From assembly GCA_013265495.1 (NCBI GenBank), contig MU058198.1, positions 7,145,779 through 7,209,778 of the forward strand: DNA of 64,000 nt, read 5' to 3'. The position numbers were made by a program, and so were the translations under genes. Under the pieces are notes generated by a model, which did not search any database, was not told the DNA's origin, and saw only the letters and a list, made by a program, of their open reading frames with translations. Position 1 is the stretch's first letter. Each line of letters starts with the position of its first letter. The stretch comes from Vicugna vicugna (Eukaryota). Positions 51,901-63,029 of the stretch are shown here, in pieces.

Positions 51901-52954
51901 GCTCGGGCTGGGCCATGGAAGACCTCCCGTCAGCTTCAAGCTTCTGAACTTCATCTTGAGGGCAATGGGGAGGCTTTAAAAGTTCCAGTGAAAGGCAAAG
52001 GACTTCACTTCTGTGGTCTTCCTCCCCCAAACCCATAACCCAAATCTAATCATGGGGCAAATACCAGAGAAGCTCAAACTGTAGGAATTTGCCAAAACAG
52101 CTAACCAGCATGCCTCAAACTGGTCAAGGTCAGTGAAAACAAGTCTGAGGACCAGTCACAGCAGAGGAAGCCAAGGAGACACGACAGCTAAATGCAATGT
52201 GATGTCCCAGGCAGGATTCTGCAACAAAAGAGGGACATTAGGGAAAAACTTTTAAAATCCAGATAAAACGTGAGGTTTAGTGAATAGCAATCCACCCATA
52301 TAGTGGGATGTTATCCAACAATAAAAAAGAGTAAAGTACTGTTATATGTTACGTGGATGAATCCTGAAAACATGCTAAGTAGAAGCAGCGCAGGAGACAC
52401 AGAAAACCACGTATCGTATGATTCCATTTATATAAAATGTCCAGAATAGGCAAATCTACAGAGACAGGAAGTAGACTAGTGGTTGGCAGGGACTGGAGAG
52501 CGAGGGAGGATGGGGAGCAATGGGGATGAACTGCTAATGGGTGGGGTTTCTTTCAGGGTAGAGAAAAATGTTCTAAAATGACACTGTGGTGCTGGTTGCA
52601 TAATCCTGTGAAAAACCACTGTACTTTAAATGGGTGAATTATTTCTCAACAAAGCTGTTTAAAATTAGTAATGTCATTGGTTCATTAGTTGTAACAAATG
52701 TACCACTGAAAGATGTTAACAATAGGGGAAACAAGGTAAACTCTGTTCTATTTTTATAAACTTTCTGTAAATCTACAAAACTATTGTAAAATATAAAAAG
52801 GTTACTTATATAGAAATTATACACACACACATATACAGAGTTTGTTTTTTTTTTAAAGGCAAGAGAGTTAAGTGTTGATGGGGGCTTATAATAGGGACGT
52901 GGCCACAGGGAGAGAGAACTAGTAATGGTCACAAAGGAAAGAGGCATTAGATTG

Positions 52955-53400
52955 GAGTTAGTTTCCTACTGGGGCTGTAACAAATGATCCCAAACCTTAT
53001 GTCTTAAAACAACACAACTTTATTAGTTCTAGAGATCAAAAGTTCAAAATGATTCTCACCAGGCTAAAATCCTCAGTGGAGCTGCATTTCTTTGTGGAGA
53101 CCCTGGGAAGAATTCATCTTTTTTGCCTTTTCCAGCTGCACTCCTTCGTACATGGCCCTTTCTTCCATCTTCAAAGCCAGCCGTAGTGTAAGACCTTCAC
53201 CTCCCTCTCATCTTGACCCTCCTCACTCCCTTTCACTTAGTAGGACCCTTGTGATGATACCTCAACAATTCACGATAACCCCCGCCTCTAAGTCATTAAT
53301 GGAATCACACTTGCAAGGTCCCTTTTGCCAAGTCAAGTCATATAGTCACAGGTTCTGAGGTTGAGGACAGGGACATCTTTGGGGGCCACTATTCTGCCTT
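52955..53400 (-). mobile_element. MLT1 (MaLR) LTR relic
   Basis: TTAGTTTCCTA...GCTGTAACAAAT...CTTAAAACAACAC...CACAGGTTCTGAGG...ACATCTTTGGGGGCCACTATTCTGCCT. Confidence 0.75.
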
Positions 53401-55029
53401 CATGTGGTGTCATCAGGAAGGTGAACACAAGAGGCTAGGGAGAGGGTGAGGTCAGCTTTGGATCCAGGGAGCCTGAGTGTGTAGGACATCCAGGGGAACA
53501 CCCCCCCCATCTCCAGCTTCCATCTATTCACCAAACACTAAGCACCTCCCATGACTGAGTCACTGGGGGTATAAAGGTAAGCATTGTACTTCACTGGTCC
53601 TAAGGCACCTGATTCTGAAATCAGGATGCAGCTTTGAATCAATGACATCTTAACAACTGTAACGAGCAGGGTTTTCTTTCACAATGACACAAAGTAAGAC
53701 ATCTTAAAACTGAAGGCATCTTGAAGTCAAGGAAATCCAGGTCTGGGCTGGCACTAGAGTGGGCCTAATTATTATGAAAGTTGGATGCCTCACCGGAGCA
53801 TCAAGTATTCCACTCGCCCCCAAGTCTTTCCTAGTTCCAAGCCTGGCTCCTTCCCCCGGGGACTCCCATTTGCCCCAGGGCTCTGGTGCTCAACTCTCCT
53901 GCAACTAACAGACTCCACCAGAGCCCCCGTCCACGCACATGCTTAGCTCTCCTGGAGCAGAGTTCAGGATCCAGCCTCTCTCCCCAGGTGTAATCCTCAG
54001 TCATGGAAGTCAGGCCCAGTCGTCTGCTACCTGGCTGCACATGGGAAACACCTGGGAACTTTTAAAAGATCCAACCACCAGGCCATTACCTAGATCAATT
54101 CATTCCAAATCTGTGAGGAGTAATGTTACAGCTCCCCATGAGATTCCAAGAGAGCCTAGGCAGAGAACTAACTTGGTGTGAGTGAAAGAGAGGCGTGAGG
54201 CAGCACTGCCAGTAGGTGGAAGGTGTTAAGACATACAATCAAACCTATCTATCTTCCTCCCTACCCGCCCAGACTCTGAATTCCTTGAAGGAGACCAGCC
54301 AATTATTTCAGTTCCCTCAAAGCACTAGTCCCTTGCCAGGCAAATTGTGGGAGCCCAGGAAATGTAAGCGCCAGGGCCTCCAAGGCCAGGCAGAAAAGGC
54401 CTGGTGCCAGGAAAGGTCTGGGCCAGCACTCTGATTCACTGTGTAACCTGCAGTGAGATGCTACTCTTCTCTGTGCCTCTACAATGCGTGACTGGTGCAG
54501 GTGGCCCTGAAAGGTCCATTGAAGTGCCAACACTGAATCTGGACTTTATGTAAGAGGACACTTCTGCCCAACATCTAAAGAGCTCAACACAGTGGGGGCC
54601 AATAAGTACCAATCTTCCTACTCACCCTCAACACATGTACTAGTGCTTCCAGGCCTAAAATCTTCAATTCTGGGACTCTATCCTGTACGGGCTGCAAAGC
54701 AGAAAATCTGAGGCCCTAAAAGCCAAAGACCTAAAAGCAACATAACAGGAACCCCCAGAGGACTCTGGAGAACAGCATGTAAATGAAGGAATTTTTTAGA
54801 TGGTGAACACAGTCCAGATTGAGAGGCCACAGGACACCTGACAGGACCCAGCTCTGCCCTTAGGAGTAATAAACAACGTGAGGTGGTTCAACGGACTAGA
54901 GAGAAACTCCCAAGGGGGAACTTCATGAGAGGAAACACTCAAGGACCAAGACAAGTCCAAAAGAGCAGTGGAAAAAGGCCAGCTTCTGGCCATCAGCAAA
55001 GTCAAGGCCCTAATACACAACTAAAGGCC

Positions 55030-55035
55030 TTTATT
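55030..55035 (-). terminator. Candidate proximal CD2BP2 polyadenylation signal
   Basis: Minus-strand AATAAA about 115 nt after the stop, followed by a GT-rich element. Confidence 0.5.
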
Positions 55036-55151
55036 GGGAAAAGGAAGTTGACTGAAAACTGGCTCCCAATATCCTCACTGTCTGAGGCAGCCAGGGCCTC
55101 CTCCACAAAGTCCAGGAAAGAAGGGGCCACCAAACTGGGCCCTCATCAGGT

Positions 55152-55262
55152 TCAGGTATAGAGGTCAAAGTCAATACGTTTGGAGTTGTAGAACTGTCCA
55201 TCAGGGGGGTCCAGCTTCCGGCAATAAACACCATCTGGGAAGTAGCCTTCATTCACCCAAGT
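55152..55262 (-). CDS. CD2BP2: CD2 antigen cytoplasmic tail-binding protein 2 (U5-52K), last exon, C-terminal half of the GYF domain
   Basis: [42 protein letters not shown]| acceptor. Confidence 0.96.
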   Translation of the reverse strand, partial: TWVNEGYFPDGVYCRKLDPPDGQFYNSKRIDFDLYT

Positions 55263-55349
55263 CTGCAGGAAGAGAGGGCAGAGCTGGGGCAGGACTGACA
55301 GAGTGGAGAGAGGTAAAGAAGAGGCAAAATGGAGTAGAAACGAGCTTAC

Positions 55350-55456
55350 CTGCATCTGGGTGCTGGTGAAGGGCCCGTACAGCTCAGCATCCCCCGTGTT
55401 CTCCCACTTGTATTCCCACATCACATCCGCCAGACCATCTCCGGAAGACTCTGCTT
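55350..55456 (-). CDS. CD2BP2: CD2BP2 coding exon 5, N-terminal half of the GYF domain
   Basis: [42 protein letters not shown]| acceptor and |GTAAGC donor. Confidence 0.95.
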
Positions 55457-55538
55457 CTAAAATAACAAGCAAAGCCATAGGGGCCTCAAGTGGCCTGCCC
55501 CCTGCCCACAACACCCCTCCTTTGCCCTACAATCTTAC

Positions 55539-55974
55539 CTCCTCTCTGGGTAGGGGTTGGGGTCTCCAGCTCGCCCTCTGCCACTTCTTCAGCAAACATG
55601 TCCAGAGAGGGTGGTGGTGTGGGGTCAGGAGGTCCCTGGGTCCGACACCCCAATCCCTTCAGCCGCATAGCCAACCGTTCCCTTGTCTCTTGATATACTC
55701 CGAGGTTACCCTGGGCCACCATCTGGTCGGCCAACCCAGAGAGCCGGTCTAGGCGCTGAGGGGAACTGGGCCGCCCCGGCCCCTTGCTGCCCCCTTTGCT
55801 TCCTCCTCGGGCCCCTAGACGCCTCAGTGCCCCAGCCACTGTCTCTCTTGGCAACAGCAGCTCCAGAAGGCCTTCCAGGAGGGCTTGGGTGCTCAATGGT
55901 GTCTGGCCCAGGCTGTCCTCCTCCTCTGAGTCTGATGGTGGGTGCTGATCAGGTGGCCGCTCCCTGATCTTTAC
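55539..55974 (-). CDS. CD2BP2: CD2BP2 coding exon 4
   Basis: VKIRERPP...LLEGLLELLLPRETVAGALRRLG...LSGLADQMV..GNLGVYQETRERL...SLDMFAEE. TTACAG| acceptor and |GTAAGA donor. Confidence 0.95.
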
Positions 55975-56082
55975 CTGTAATGCGAAAATAGGAGAGTTTT
56001 ATTTCTGACAAACTGTCTCAGGTTCCAGGCCCAACAGCACTTGCCACCTCCAGGCCCAGCCATGCCAGCCCCTGGACCTCAC

Positions 56083-56240
56083 CCAGTCAATGTTGTCCAG
56101 CCAGCTGTCTCGGATCTGAGCATCCCGGTTCAGGAAATAGTTGCCATCAGCATCAAAGTGGCCTTCCTCCATCTCCTCCTGCAGGTTGAAGGGTGTGATC
56201 CGCACACCTCCCTCACTGGGGAGCGTGGCTGCTTCCTGAC
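56083..56240 (-). CDS. CD2BP2: CD2BP2 coding exon 3
   Basis: GQEAATLPSEGGVRITPFNLQEEMEEGHFDADGNYFLNRDAQIRDSWLDNIDW. Confidence 0.96.
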
Positions 56241-56365
56241 CTGCACCCAAAACACAGGAGTCCCATGCTAGGTGTGCAAAAGAGACAGGAGCCTCCAGTG
56301 CTCCACAACCACAGGAGCATCTATTTATTCCTCTAGTAGAAAGTCAATTCTTGGGTATAACTCAC

Positions 56366-56501
56366 CTTCTACATCCTCTGAGGCCAGGATGTCGTATTTG
56401 CTAGACCCTTCGTCATCATCATCTTCCTCATCGCTGTCCAAAGAGTGTTTGCCTTTGAAGCGGCTCCCAGGACCCCCTGCCCCAGCCACAGGATCCACCA
56501 A
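56366..56501 (-). CDS. CD2BP2: CD2BP2 coding exon 2
   Basis: LVDPVAGAGGPGSRFKGKHSLDSDEEDDDDEGSSKYDILASEDVE. TTACAG| acceptor and |GTGAGT donor. Confidence 0.94.
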
Positions 56502-56730
56502 CTGTAAGCAGGAGCCAGAAGTCGAGAGAGATGTAGGTTACTGGCTATTAGCCCCAAATATCCTAGGTTCTAGACTCAAACTGAAAATCTTTCAAACCCA
56601 TTTCTCAGAGCGCATGGAAACGCTAGCCCCTTCCACCCTTTCTTTGTCCCTCCAGGTTTCTCTGCCAGCTTCTAGCTCCTATTTTTCTCCCCTCACTCTT
56701 CCCCAGAACGCAGGAGTCTGGCCCCCTCAC

Positions 56731-56808
56731 CTTCTTCTTGGGGACGCTGATTTCATCCTCATCATCCTCATCTCCCACGCCTTGGAAGGTCACTTTCCTC
56801 TTTGGCAT
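56731..56808 (-). CDS. CD2BP2: CD2BP2 coding exon 1 (exon starts about 56834, with 26 nt of UTR)
   Basis: MPKRKVTFQGVGDEDDEDEISVPKKK|GTGAGG. Confidence 0.95.
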
Positions 56809-57009
56809 GACTGGATAGAGGGGCCTTCCCCAAGCTGAGCCGAGGGAAAGGGTGCAGATTAGGGGAACTTGGTGAGCACAATACTCACCGCGAGAGGGCT
56901 CCCTGCACAACAAATCTTTCACCTGATCGTTACTAGATCTAGTTAGGGACAGGAGGGAACACAGAATCAAGGGCCATGAGGGGAGCTGGCAGCCAGGAGG
57001 CACCAGTTT

Positions 57010-57700
57010 GGCATCCGGAAGAGTTGCAGTTGCGGGGACGGAGAGGCGAACGCGCGGAGGTGCTCCCCATGGGCACTCCCACCCTGAACGAAAGATGGGT
57101 TCCTCCACGTGACCACCCCCATTCCCGGACCCCGCAGTCCTGGGAGCGAAGGTGCTCCGCGGGCTGACACCCGCTCCACCACCCCCAGCTTCCTGGAAGT
57201 CTGTGCGGCCCTGGCAGGCCCAGGACCTGGCGCCCCGGCAGCCCCGCTCCTCCCTGCGCCGAACTCCCAGCTCCGCTGGGTGACCCCCCAACTGTCCTGG
57301 GCTGTGTACAAATTCGAGAGGCGGCAGAGCCCCGGGGACTCCAGCAGTCCCACCGGCGCGCGCTCACCTAAGGATCCAGGGAAGGCGGGGGAAGAAAGGG
57401 AGAGAGGCTTTCGCCAGGGCTACATCCGGGGCACTCAGCCGCCATCACCCGGAAGAGAACTGCGGCAGGCTCCAGGGAAGGCCGGAAGTGGCTTCGCTTG
57501 AGTTAGAGCTAAGACTAACTGCGGGAACAAGCGGAAATACGCACTGAGTGGGGAAAGACACACCCCCACCGCCCGTAGAAGTGACGTGAGCCGTGTGGGG
57601 CGATAATGGCGAGAAGACGGGACGTATTAACTCCTAGACCATGATCGGACGAGGACGGCCGGAAGTGATCTCTATTCCCTCCTACAGCAGTAGAGGCTGA
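57010..57700. promoter_or_regulatory. CpG-island promoter of CD2BP2 with ETS/GABP, CRE-like and YY1-like sites
   Basis: High CpG density. CCGGAAGTG at 57482 and 57659, TGACGT at 57582, ATAATGGCG at 57603, GCCGCCAT at 57438. Confidence 0.75.
57368..57490 (-). other. CD2BP2: Probable non-coding exon 1 of CD2BP2 (5' end approximate)
   Basis: Donor TAG|GTGAGC at 57368/57367 inside the CpG island. Confidence 0.6.
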
Positions 57701-60093
57701 GGAGAAAGTGGAGGGCACTCTACTTAAAGGGGAGCCCAGGATCACGATGGAGAAGCAAGGTCCCAGCAGGGTCAGTGGGTTGCTGCCCTAGTTTCCCTTT
57801 CCCTGGCTGAGTCGCCTTTTCCCCAGGGCTGGCTCTGCACCCATCACCATCTCATTAGAAACCCTGCCTTCCCACTGTTTAAGTGTCCAGTTGCCCGCTG
57901 TCTCCTAGTCTGAGGTGTGGCCTTGCTCTTGCCCCAGAGGGGATGCTCGGTTCTCCTGGTGGCTCTTGGGACAGCTTCTGAACCCAGCTCCTTTTAGGCC
58001 CCGGAGAAGTCATTTATCCTACGCCTATTCCCTGCGTAAGTTCCTGGTTTCTGAGGTGGTTAAGAGCCATCACGGGAGAGGTGGCAGTGTGACCTGTGCC
58101 CAGTACCGAAGTCCCAGAAGTCCCTTTGCCCTCATCTCAGGTAGGCCTGGGAAAGGGCAGCAGTGAATACCCAAACCCCCGCGTCCCCCAAGCAGGACCC
58201 TAGCCAAGTGGCCCCTACCCAGGTTTTATAATCTGGCCCAAGGAGAGGAGCTGGGTTTGGGAGGTAGGAGGGTTAGGTTCCAGTGTTGTGCAGACAAGAC
58301 CTCTACCTCTTGAGGATACTGAGTCTGAATCCCAGTAGGCCAAGGCTGTGCCCAGAAAGACCCAACTAAAGCCTGAGAAGGGCAGCATGGGGGGCCCCAG
58401 GATAACCAGATGGATCACCCCTCCTCTCTCTTGCCCCTAGTTTCCTCCCAGATTGGACTACTATGAAGCAAAATCCGTGCTGTTTCTTCTGTGTGTACAA
58501 AACACAGGATCCAGACCGGTAGGGCATCCTGCTAAAGGGGGCCTGAAATACCACCTACCAACACCACTGGTTCATCCTCTGGGGAAACCTCTTCACCTGG
58601 AACACCAGGCAGACCACATGCCCCTGAGCCTCATCCTGTTAGAGAACTACCAAGTGGAGCCACACCTTGGGGCCACAGAACCCCTATGCCTTAACCATCC
58701 TGACACCAGGGGTAGAAGGTGGGCAGGCCTACAAGCTGGCAGCAGAAAACCAGGAGCTGGAAGCCTGGCTGTAGGCACTGGCTAGGGCAAGCTGGAGGTG
58801 GCTGGCTGTGCTGCTACGCCCCCTGGAGGCCCAGTACCAGGAGCTGTACCAGGGAGCTGGCCAAGATCACCCCCAGAGGACTGTGACTTCCCAGCCACCC
58901 TCAGTCCCCTCTCCAGCTTCCAGGAGTTGCATGAGCACTTTGGGAAGGAGATGCTGCAGGCAGTGCAAAGCTCCAAGAGGCCAGTGACAATGGAGGCAGC
59001 AGATCCCAGGCAGAGGTGGAGCTCAATCATTACCTGTTGATAAGTGACTGAGAGATGGATCAAAGGCCAAAAGGTACCTACTGGCCAAGACCAGCTGACC
59101 GCTTCGACAGACACCCAGATCCTGGCTGACTCTATCACTCCCTCCCTCCTAGTACTTACTCTAACCCCCTTCATCAAATAACAAGGCAGGAGACGGACCC
59201 AGGTACAACAGCAGGTTCTTTTCCGGTTCCTCAAAGCGCTGTACGGGGTGGGGGCAGAGACAGAAGAAAATGTAAACACTGGGTTCCACCCCCTGGAGCT
59301 CAAGGGAAGACCCCTTACCCAGGTACGGGCTGGAGGGTTGGAAGGGAACAAGGTAAAAGGTGGGGGTTCTGGTGAGACAAAGCAGGAGAGGCCTGAGAAT
59401 ACAGAGAAAGGTAGATGAAGAGGAAGGAGAGCAAGGAGGGTGGTGGTGGGGAAGAGGGTGACATTTCCTGTTCCAGTGCATGTCCCCTTAAATAAACTAG
59501 AGTGCAAGAACATTGTGGAGGGAGAACCAAAGGACAGAAGATAGAGTGAACACCCCCACCCTGGGCTGACCAGGTCTTCTGTACATAATTATAACACAGA
59601 GATGTCCAGAAGTAGAGCAAGAAGAGTCTTGGCCCCAGCCAGGAAGTGGGGAGATAGGCAGGAATCAAGAAGGGAAAAAGGAACCCAGCTCCACTTCATG
59701 GGTAAGGGGAGTTACTGGAGTGTAAGAATCTGAAAACCGCTGACTCCCATCGCCAAGAGTCACCCCTGTGGTGACAAAAGGCCAGTCAGGACAGCACCTG
59801 GGAAGGGACCCCAGAAGGAATTGGGGCAGAAGTGACAGAGACCCCAGCTGGGCTTAACTAGAGGTGAGGGGCTCCAGATTTGCTCACTGCTGCCCCAGGG
59901 AAATGCAGCTGCCCTGTGTACTCTGACTGTCCTGGCTGTGTAAGGATCAGCAGCTGGCAAGGAAATGGGGAATCAAGCCACTTTCCTCAGAAAGAGGGAC
60001 ACCTGCCAAGGGGGTTGGGAGCAACACCCCAGGCCAGGCCTGCTCTTGGCTGAGGGAAAAAGGGGGCCATGCAGTCCAGCCCCAGGGCAGAGG

Positions 60094-60726
60094 TCAGAAG
60101 TAAGCATCCTGCCGGGCCTCTGATGCTGACGACCTGTCCCCACCGTCCTGGGGGGCAGGGGGCCCATCTGCTTTCCGACGCAGCGAGAGCTTCTTGCCTT
60201 GGGCCTTCTTCTCCTGCTTCTGCCGCTCCTTCTCCTGCTTCTGCTGCTCCTTCTCTTGCTTCTGCCGTTCCTTCTCCTGCTTCTCCCGCTCTTTCTCCTG
60301 TTTCTGCCGCTCCTTCTCACGTTCCTTTTCCTGTTTTTGCCGTTCTTTCTCCTGCCTGCGGGTCTCCTTGCTGGGAGCCAGTGGGGTACTGTTGCCAGTA
60401 GGTGAAGGAAGAGATGGACGCAGTCCCTCAGCGGTGACCACAGGCCCTGGGGCAGGCCCAGCACTGGCCCTGCGGGCAGGAGGGGGTGGGGAGGGGGCGC
60501 CTCCAGCAGCCCGGGAGCCTCGGCTCTTGAGGCCAGGGAGGCTAAGGAGGCTGGAGGAAGGGCCCAGGGGTGGCTGCTGCCGACGTCGCTCCTCATGGAT
60601 TGCCCGGGAACCATGCAGTCTCCGTGAGGGCCGGTACTGCAGTTCGCCCCGGGTTTCCCGCCACTTCTTGAGCTGGGCTGTGTTCTCTCGCTCAATCAGT
60701 GCTTCTGTCACTGGGAGGTTGGTCAC
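60094..60726 (-). CDS. TBC1D10B: TBC1 domain family member 10B (Rab GAP), last exon
   Basis: VTNLPVTEALIERENTAQLKKWRETRGELQYRPSRRLHGSRAIHEE...(QEKER)n...RQDAYF*. CTAG| acceptor. Confidence 0.95.
   Translation of the reverse strand: MTNLPVTEALIERENTAQLKKWRETRGELQYRPSRRLHGSRAIHEERRRQQPPLGPSSSLLSLPGLKSRGSRAAGGAPSPPPPARRASAGPAPGPVVTAEGLRPSLPSPTGNSTPLAPSKETRRQEKERQKQEKEREKERQKQEKEREKQEKERQKQEKEQQKQEKERQKQEKKAQGKKLSLRRKADGPPAPQDGGDRSSASEARQDAYF
60206..60360 (-). repeat. Imperfect 21-nt coding repeat (KQEKERQ/E heptads)
   Basis: Repeated CTTCTCCTGCTTCTGCCGCTC-like units on the + strand. Confidence 0.85.
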
Positions 60727-60820
60727 CTAGACAGAGAAGAAACGGGTACTAAAATGAAAATGGGGATGGCGATGGGGATGGGCTGAAGCAGGTGTGAGGT
60801 ATGCTAAGGCCAGCACCTAC

Positions 60821-60975
60821 CTCATGCACCAGGAAGTCCTCCTGCATGCACTGTTGGGGCAGGTTGCGCAGCTGCTCCATGGTTTCATACATGCCTTGGC
60901 AGGAACGCAGCTTCTCCACTGAGCCCAGCGTGTGCCGCAGCAGCACCAGGGCCACTCGGAAGATGATCTTGACAC
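60821..60975 (-). CDS. TBC1D10B: TBC1D10B internal exon
   Basis: GVKIIFRVALVLLRHTLGSVEKLRSCQGMYETMEQLRNLPQQCMQEDFLVHE. Confidence 0.95.
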
Positions 60976-61324
60976 CTGCAGGGTCAAAAAGAAGACAGCC
61001 TGGGTGATCAGCCTGGGATCTCAGCCTGTCCCAATCAGGAGGAACACACAGATCCCATTCCTGTCTGTAGCCAACCTTATGGGTGAGGAGACTGAGGACC
61101 CAAGAAGGAAAATAAACTGCCATGGGTTTCAGGTTCCTGGGAGATAGAGCAAACTATGGGCTGGTGGCAAAGCCAACAAGACCAGGGCTCAGTTTCTCCA
61201 GCCCCCAGACTTCTTGTAGTGAAGTGTAGGCCCACCAAGTACCTTTTGTCAACAGGCTACCCTCTCTCTGGCAGCCACCATGGAATCCCCAGCCCCCTCA
61301 AGGCCCAAATGGCTACAGAATCAC

Positions 61325-61514
61325 CTTCACAGAAGAACATATCCCAGACACGCAGCACTGAAGCCCAGGGCAGGGTGCGGGCGAAGATGCACATGAACCA
61401 TTCTGTCATGTAGAGCACGGGGTCAATGCGCTGCCGTCGCAGATGCCGATGTGCCAGCGGGGAGGCCCGGCGCAACAGTGCAAAAAAGATTTCTCCATCC
61501 AGCTGAATGGCCTC
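61325..61514 (-). CDS. TBC1D10B: TBC1D10B internal exon (TBC domain)
   Basis: [63 protein letters not shown]. Confidence 0.96.
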
Positions 61515-61718
61515 CTGGAGGTGGGACGAGCCATCAGGTGAGGCCTGCTGTGGCCCCACCTTGGGGTAGAACTAGTCCTGGGGTAGGGGATCCTCACCTC
61601 AGAGGGAGAGGTCCAGAGCAGAGGGACAGAATGGCACAAGGTGGGGCAGGACAAGGACCACTCTGCAGCCTTAGGGAAAAGTCATAGCCCCAACTGCACC
61701 CAGCCTTCAGACACTTAC

Positions 61719-61784
61719 CAGCCCTGCACTATAGTAACCGGGGAGGTACTTGTCACAGATCTGCACCAGGCACCAAAAGGCTTG
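61719..61784 (-). CDS. TBC1D10B: TBC1D10B internal exon (TBC domain)
   Basis: [27 protein letters not shown]| acceptor and |GTAAGT donor. Confidence 0.93.
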
Positions 61785-61910
61785 CTGGGAAGGGCAGGAA
61801 CAAGGAGAGAGGGATGGAGCCTGAGAAACAGGGAGCAGGGAGCTCCCCCATCACCACTGCAGGCCAAGATCCTCCCAGCCCCTCCCCAACCAGGACCAGC
61901 ATCTGCTGAC

Positions 61911-62025
61911 CTCAGCAGGCATGTGCATGAGCAGCACTGCAGCCACGGGGGCCTGGGCCTGGCAGTAGCCCTCATCCGGCCGGTAGATAGTGTAGGCCTT
62001 CAGGATTCGATACAGGTCCTGTTGC
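61911..62025 (-). CDS. TBC1D10B: TBC1D10B internal exon (TBC domain, Q-finger GYCQ)
   Basis: [43 protein letters not shown]| acceptor and |GTCAGC donor. Confidence 0.95.
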
Positions 62026-63029
62026 CTATGGATATTGAGAAAGACCATGAAGGCAATCACAGGAGTTGGGAGCTCTCTGCCCCAAATAAATCCACCCCCA
62101 CCAACCACATCAAGAGCTGCCCTATGATCGTGTTCCAGATCAACCTCACACCTTGACCATCACACCACACACCTCCATCCAGCTTCCTAATCCTGCCTAT
62201 CAAGTTTAAGCCAAAGACTCAGACTATAATCTAAGCTTTATTCCAGGCTCCAGCCTTCCACCCTTGCCTGTACACCCACATGCTCCCTACCCATTCCCCA
62301 GCACAGACTGTGCTCTCTCTCCATCTGCCACCATCCTATAAACCCTCAAGGTCACCTTCTTCAGGAAGCTTTCAACAGCGCAGCACCAGCCTGCCTCCAG
62401 CACTGTCTGAATGTTTTTACCACCCCAGAGCAGGAGCTCCCCCAGGGAATGGCCTGCCTTATCTGTCTCACTGGATTTCATCAGTTCCCCCAGGGCAGGG
62501 CCCTGGTTCTTGGTGAAGGCTTGGGAAACCAGCTATGCCTCAGACCTTTCTCTTGTCTCTGTATCCAAAATAAACTGCCCTAGACCTCTTCCTCTTCCTT
62601 GAGGGTGCCCCACTGCTGTGCATGGAAATTCCATCCACTCAGCCCCATGTCAGAAAACCGAGAGCCTTCCATCACTCCCCACAGCTAATCAAGTGTTATC
62701 AACACCACATTCTGAATTTCATTCATCTCTATTTCCTATCTCCACCTCCCAGCCAGTGAGCAGCTCAGACCTTCATCTCTTACCCAGGAAAATGTAATAA
62801 CATCCCAAATCCTCTCCCTGCCTCCAGTCACCCACTCATGACCACTGCTTACAATAGTGTTTCCCAAAATTGTCATTGAAGTGTGATCTTCATTTGTGGT
62901 ATATCTGCATGCCACCCCTACTATTATCTACTTAATTTTTTTTTCCAGTCTGCAATAGCATCCTTGAAATGACAGGTTTGATATACTAGTTATCTTACCT
63001 AATGCATATTAAAATAAACATGTAACTTC

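Larger units (their letters stand above)
55152..56808 (-). other. CD2BP2: CD2BP2 coding span: complement join(56731..56808,56366..56501,56083..56240,55539..55974,55350..55456,55152..55262), 1026 nt, 341 aa
   Basis: Six GT-AG exons join in frame (78+136+158+436+107+111 nt). Confidence 0.95.
60094..62025 (-). other. TBC1D10B: TBC1D10B 3' part, last five coding exons (the gene continues beyond the window end)
   Basis: complement join(61911..62025,61719..61784,61325..61514,60821..60975,60094..60726), with consistent phases. Confidence 0.94.

Noticed and set aside
56889..56938. Possible 50-nt 5'UTR cassette exon of CD2BP2 (acceptor at 56939, donor CG|GTGAGT at 56888)
   Set aside because: The downstream intron would be only 54 nt, below the usual mammalian minimum. 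At most this is an alternative acceptor.
60069..60730. Several antisense or alternative-frame ORFs (poly-Leu, FSCFCRS repeats) over the last TBC1D10B exon
   Set aside because: By-products of the low-complexity 21-nt coding repeat.
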